From: Marsupella aquatica
Taxonomy: Eukaryota > Plantae > Marchantiophyta
Direction of reading: 5' to 3'
NCBI GenBank assembly: GCA_973895155.1
Contig: OZ316891.1
Span: forward strand, 27,967,145 to 28,031,144
DNA length: 64,000 nucleotides
The notes below the pieces were generated by a model. That model was not told where the DNA came from. It ran no database searches and saw only the letters and a program-made list of their open reading frames with translations. Positions 61,657 through 64,000 of the stretch are shown here, piece after piece (position 1 is the stretch's first letter; each line of letters opens with the position of its first letter). Position numbers and translations under genes: made by a program.

Positions 61657-64000
61657 TGTGACGCCAATGACATGGTCCTTATTTTGTAATCTGATTAAGT
61701 AGGTTGCTGTATGCAAGGAGTAGCTATTGATATTGCATAACAATTAGCAAGATGGCAAGAATAAGGGCAATCATGGCGTTAAGAGTAGGGAAATAAAAGC
61801 TATGTCGCAGGTGGTCGGTGACCATATCTCTTTCAATATGTCACCAAATCCGGATCTGTAAAGAGCATTGGAAAGATCTGGTCAAGGCGAGTAAAATCGA
61901 TATAAAACACTCGGGAAACAGAGGTGTATTAAGAAAGATACGGCCTGATTAGTGTGATGGGTTAACTTGTGGCCGGAATTAGCGGATTCGGCTTCAGTTT
62001 CGGGTTAACCCAAGCTCGACCACGGCTTAGCTTATGTGAGCACGGCTTCAGCTTAGCTCAGGTCAGCACGGCTTCAGCTTAGCTTAGGTAAGCACGGCTT
62101 CAGCTTATCTCACGTAAGAACGGCTTCAGCTTAGCTCAGGTCAGCATGGCTTCAGCTTAGCTCAGGTCAACACGGCTTCAGCTTAGCTCAGGTCAGCGCG
62201 GCCTCAGGTTAGCATAGGTAAGCTCGGATTCGGGCTCAGCTTAGGCTAGGTTAGCGGATAGCGGGTAGCGGCCTAACCCGAGACCACGGGTTAGCTCTAC
62301 TCGGGTTAGATAGGATAGCTAGGTTAGCCAAACTCGGGTTAGCTATGTAACTCGGGTTAGCGCAGCAGTGAGTACCCCCTCTCGGTTGCGGGGGCATAGC
62401 TCTCTATGTATTTGACCAAATTGGCTATAATTGACCTCGTTGGAAAGAGGAGCTCAAGCCGCTTCCAACGATGCTATCCACGCAGAAAATGGTTAAATAG
62501 AGAAATCGGGAGAGGAGGCGCAAGCTTGCGAAAACCATGGAGGAGGGCCGAATCCGAAGTACATAGCCAATTCGAGATAGAAATAAAGTTGCGAGTTAGG
62601 GTTCAGTAGTTAGAGATAGTGGCGGCTCTGTTAGGGCTGGGATGGGGCTCTAGCAGCGTAGTATCCACCCATTTGGGCTCAGTATGAGAGAGTATATAGA
62701 GCATCCCTCCGGTAGAGGCAAGGGGGGGACTTCAGTTGTGTGATCTCACTTAGACTGAGTAGCGGGGAGGAGCTCTGTGCAAGCAAGGCTGGACTTGGAC
62801 GCTGCGTGTTGGGGAGAGCTTGGTTGTGCTATTACTCAGGGAGTAATCAGCCAAGCTTCACAGCAACGGGTTGCTAGGTTTGCGAGCTGGATTGTGGCTC
62901 TTTCTAGTGGGCAGCACAACTGAGTTCTTTTCCCCCGATACAGAGCCTTGGTGATAGGTGATGTATTGGTGATTGTAAACTGTGGGGAGGATTTCAATTC
63001 GATTTGCGGTGGGCACATTAGGGAGGCTGAGGTACTGATTAAGGGGCAGCAGGAGGAGCATTTACAGTTCAGTCTGGCAAGGCTACGTGATCCATGGGGA
63101 GTCCCGGCCTTTGTCTGGTGGAGAGCACTAAGGGATCTATGGCCAGAGCTGAGCTTGCAGGGCAAGCGTGAGGCCGGGCCTCATTGCAGTCTGGGATAGA
63201 TCGCCGTTAGGCCTGGTACCAACTTTGAAGTCAAGTCAACTATGCATGCGTAACTTAACGTTCTGAATTGGAGGTGTGAGATCTGTATGTGCCCCCAAGA
63301 ATGAAGTGCAGTGAAGGAGGTTGAGTTCAGGATTGAGCTTGCATGGCAAGCACGGGGCTTGCAGGGCAAGCACGTCACAATCTGGAGGAGACAGCCTTCG
63401 GCCCTAGTGTTCGGATCAAGTGTTCTCAGTGAACTATTGTGCACATCTTTGAATCTAATTGAGTTTTCCTCTCAGGCCTCATTTCTCTCATGGATGTGTG
63501 TGTGTGTGAGGCAATCTGAGTGTATGATGGAACTAGCAGCGCCACTGAGAGGTGTACCGGGTGCATTGAAGCGGGCTGGGTGAGGACTGTCATAGCTCTG
63601 ATTGTTGAGAGTGGAATGGCAGAGTGGTGGGGCAATGGCTTAGAAGTCCCTAAGCCGGGAATCAGTCAGGAGTCACTGGTTTATGGGTACATTCCGGCGG
63701 CGGAATAGAAACATACCTATGACAGTAAGCATATGTATAGACCTATGCGCACCGTAGCGCTAGGCCCTGTGTGTACGGGCCCGATATGAAGACCCCTTCT
63801 CACCAGAACTATCATGAGCGCAGATCTGATCCCCAACCTTGGTTCCTTGGGATTGAGCTTGGGTGATGTGTGATGGAGTCTTGCTATGATAGTCTGGTGT
63901 TAAGGGCATAAACTGGTGTTTACCGGCATTCACAACATCCCTTGGTGATCCTCAGGTACAAGGAGATGGTTTTGGCACCCATAGTGACGTTTTTGGTGTT
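61657..64000. mobile_element. LTR-C2 (reverse complement of C1, runs off the window)
   Basis: Starts TGTGACGCCAATGAC and matches 50874 down to ~48430. Confidence 0.92.

Overview
Eukaryotic, TE-saturated land-plant DNA; a bryophyte, most likely a liverwort, is inferred from the TE lineages, GT-AG introns and a TTAGGG-type repeat. It is a deep nest of insertions. (1) Two short-LTR Ty1/copia elements of the Bianca type (2475-8349 minus; 12725-18458 plus), each with a 5-bp TSD and a half-tRNA-Ile PBS. (2) A disrupted spliced gene that, once repaired, joins a beta-class N6/N4 DNA-methyltransferase-like domain to an FCP1/NIF HAD phosphatase domain (9711-19119). (3) A rearranged non-chromovirus Ty3/gypsy element (19509-44118) whose LTR carries a long coiled-coil ORF. 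(4) A complete-ended CACTA transposon (26691-41568) that carries a SET-domain ORF between the first and second TnpD exons. (5) Five copies of a 4.8-kb TG..CA LTR that itself encodes a ~1300-aa protein. (6) Two copies of a 2.5-kb LTR inserted into those. (7) A decayed spliced RING-H2 gene whose N-terminal domain resembles the LTR-encoded proteins. Nearly every coding region has stops or frameshifts. All domain calls are by-eye motif recognition, not database searches.
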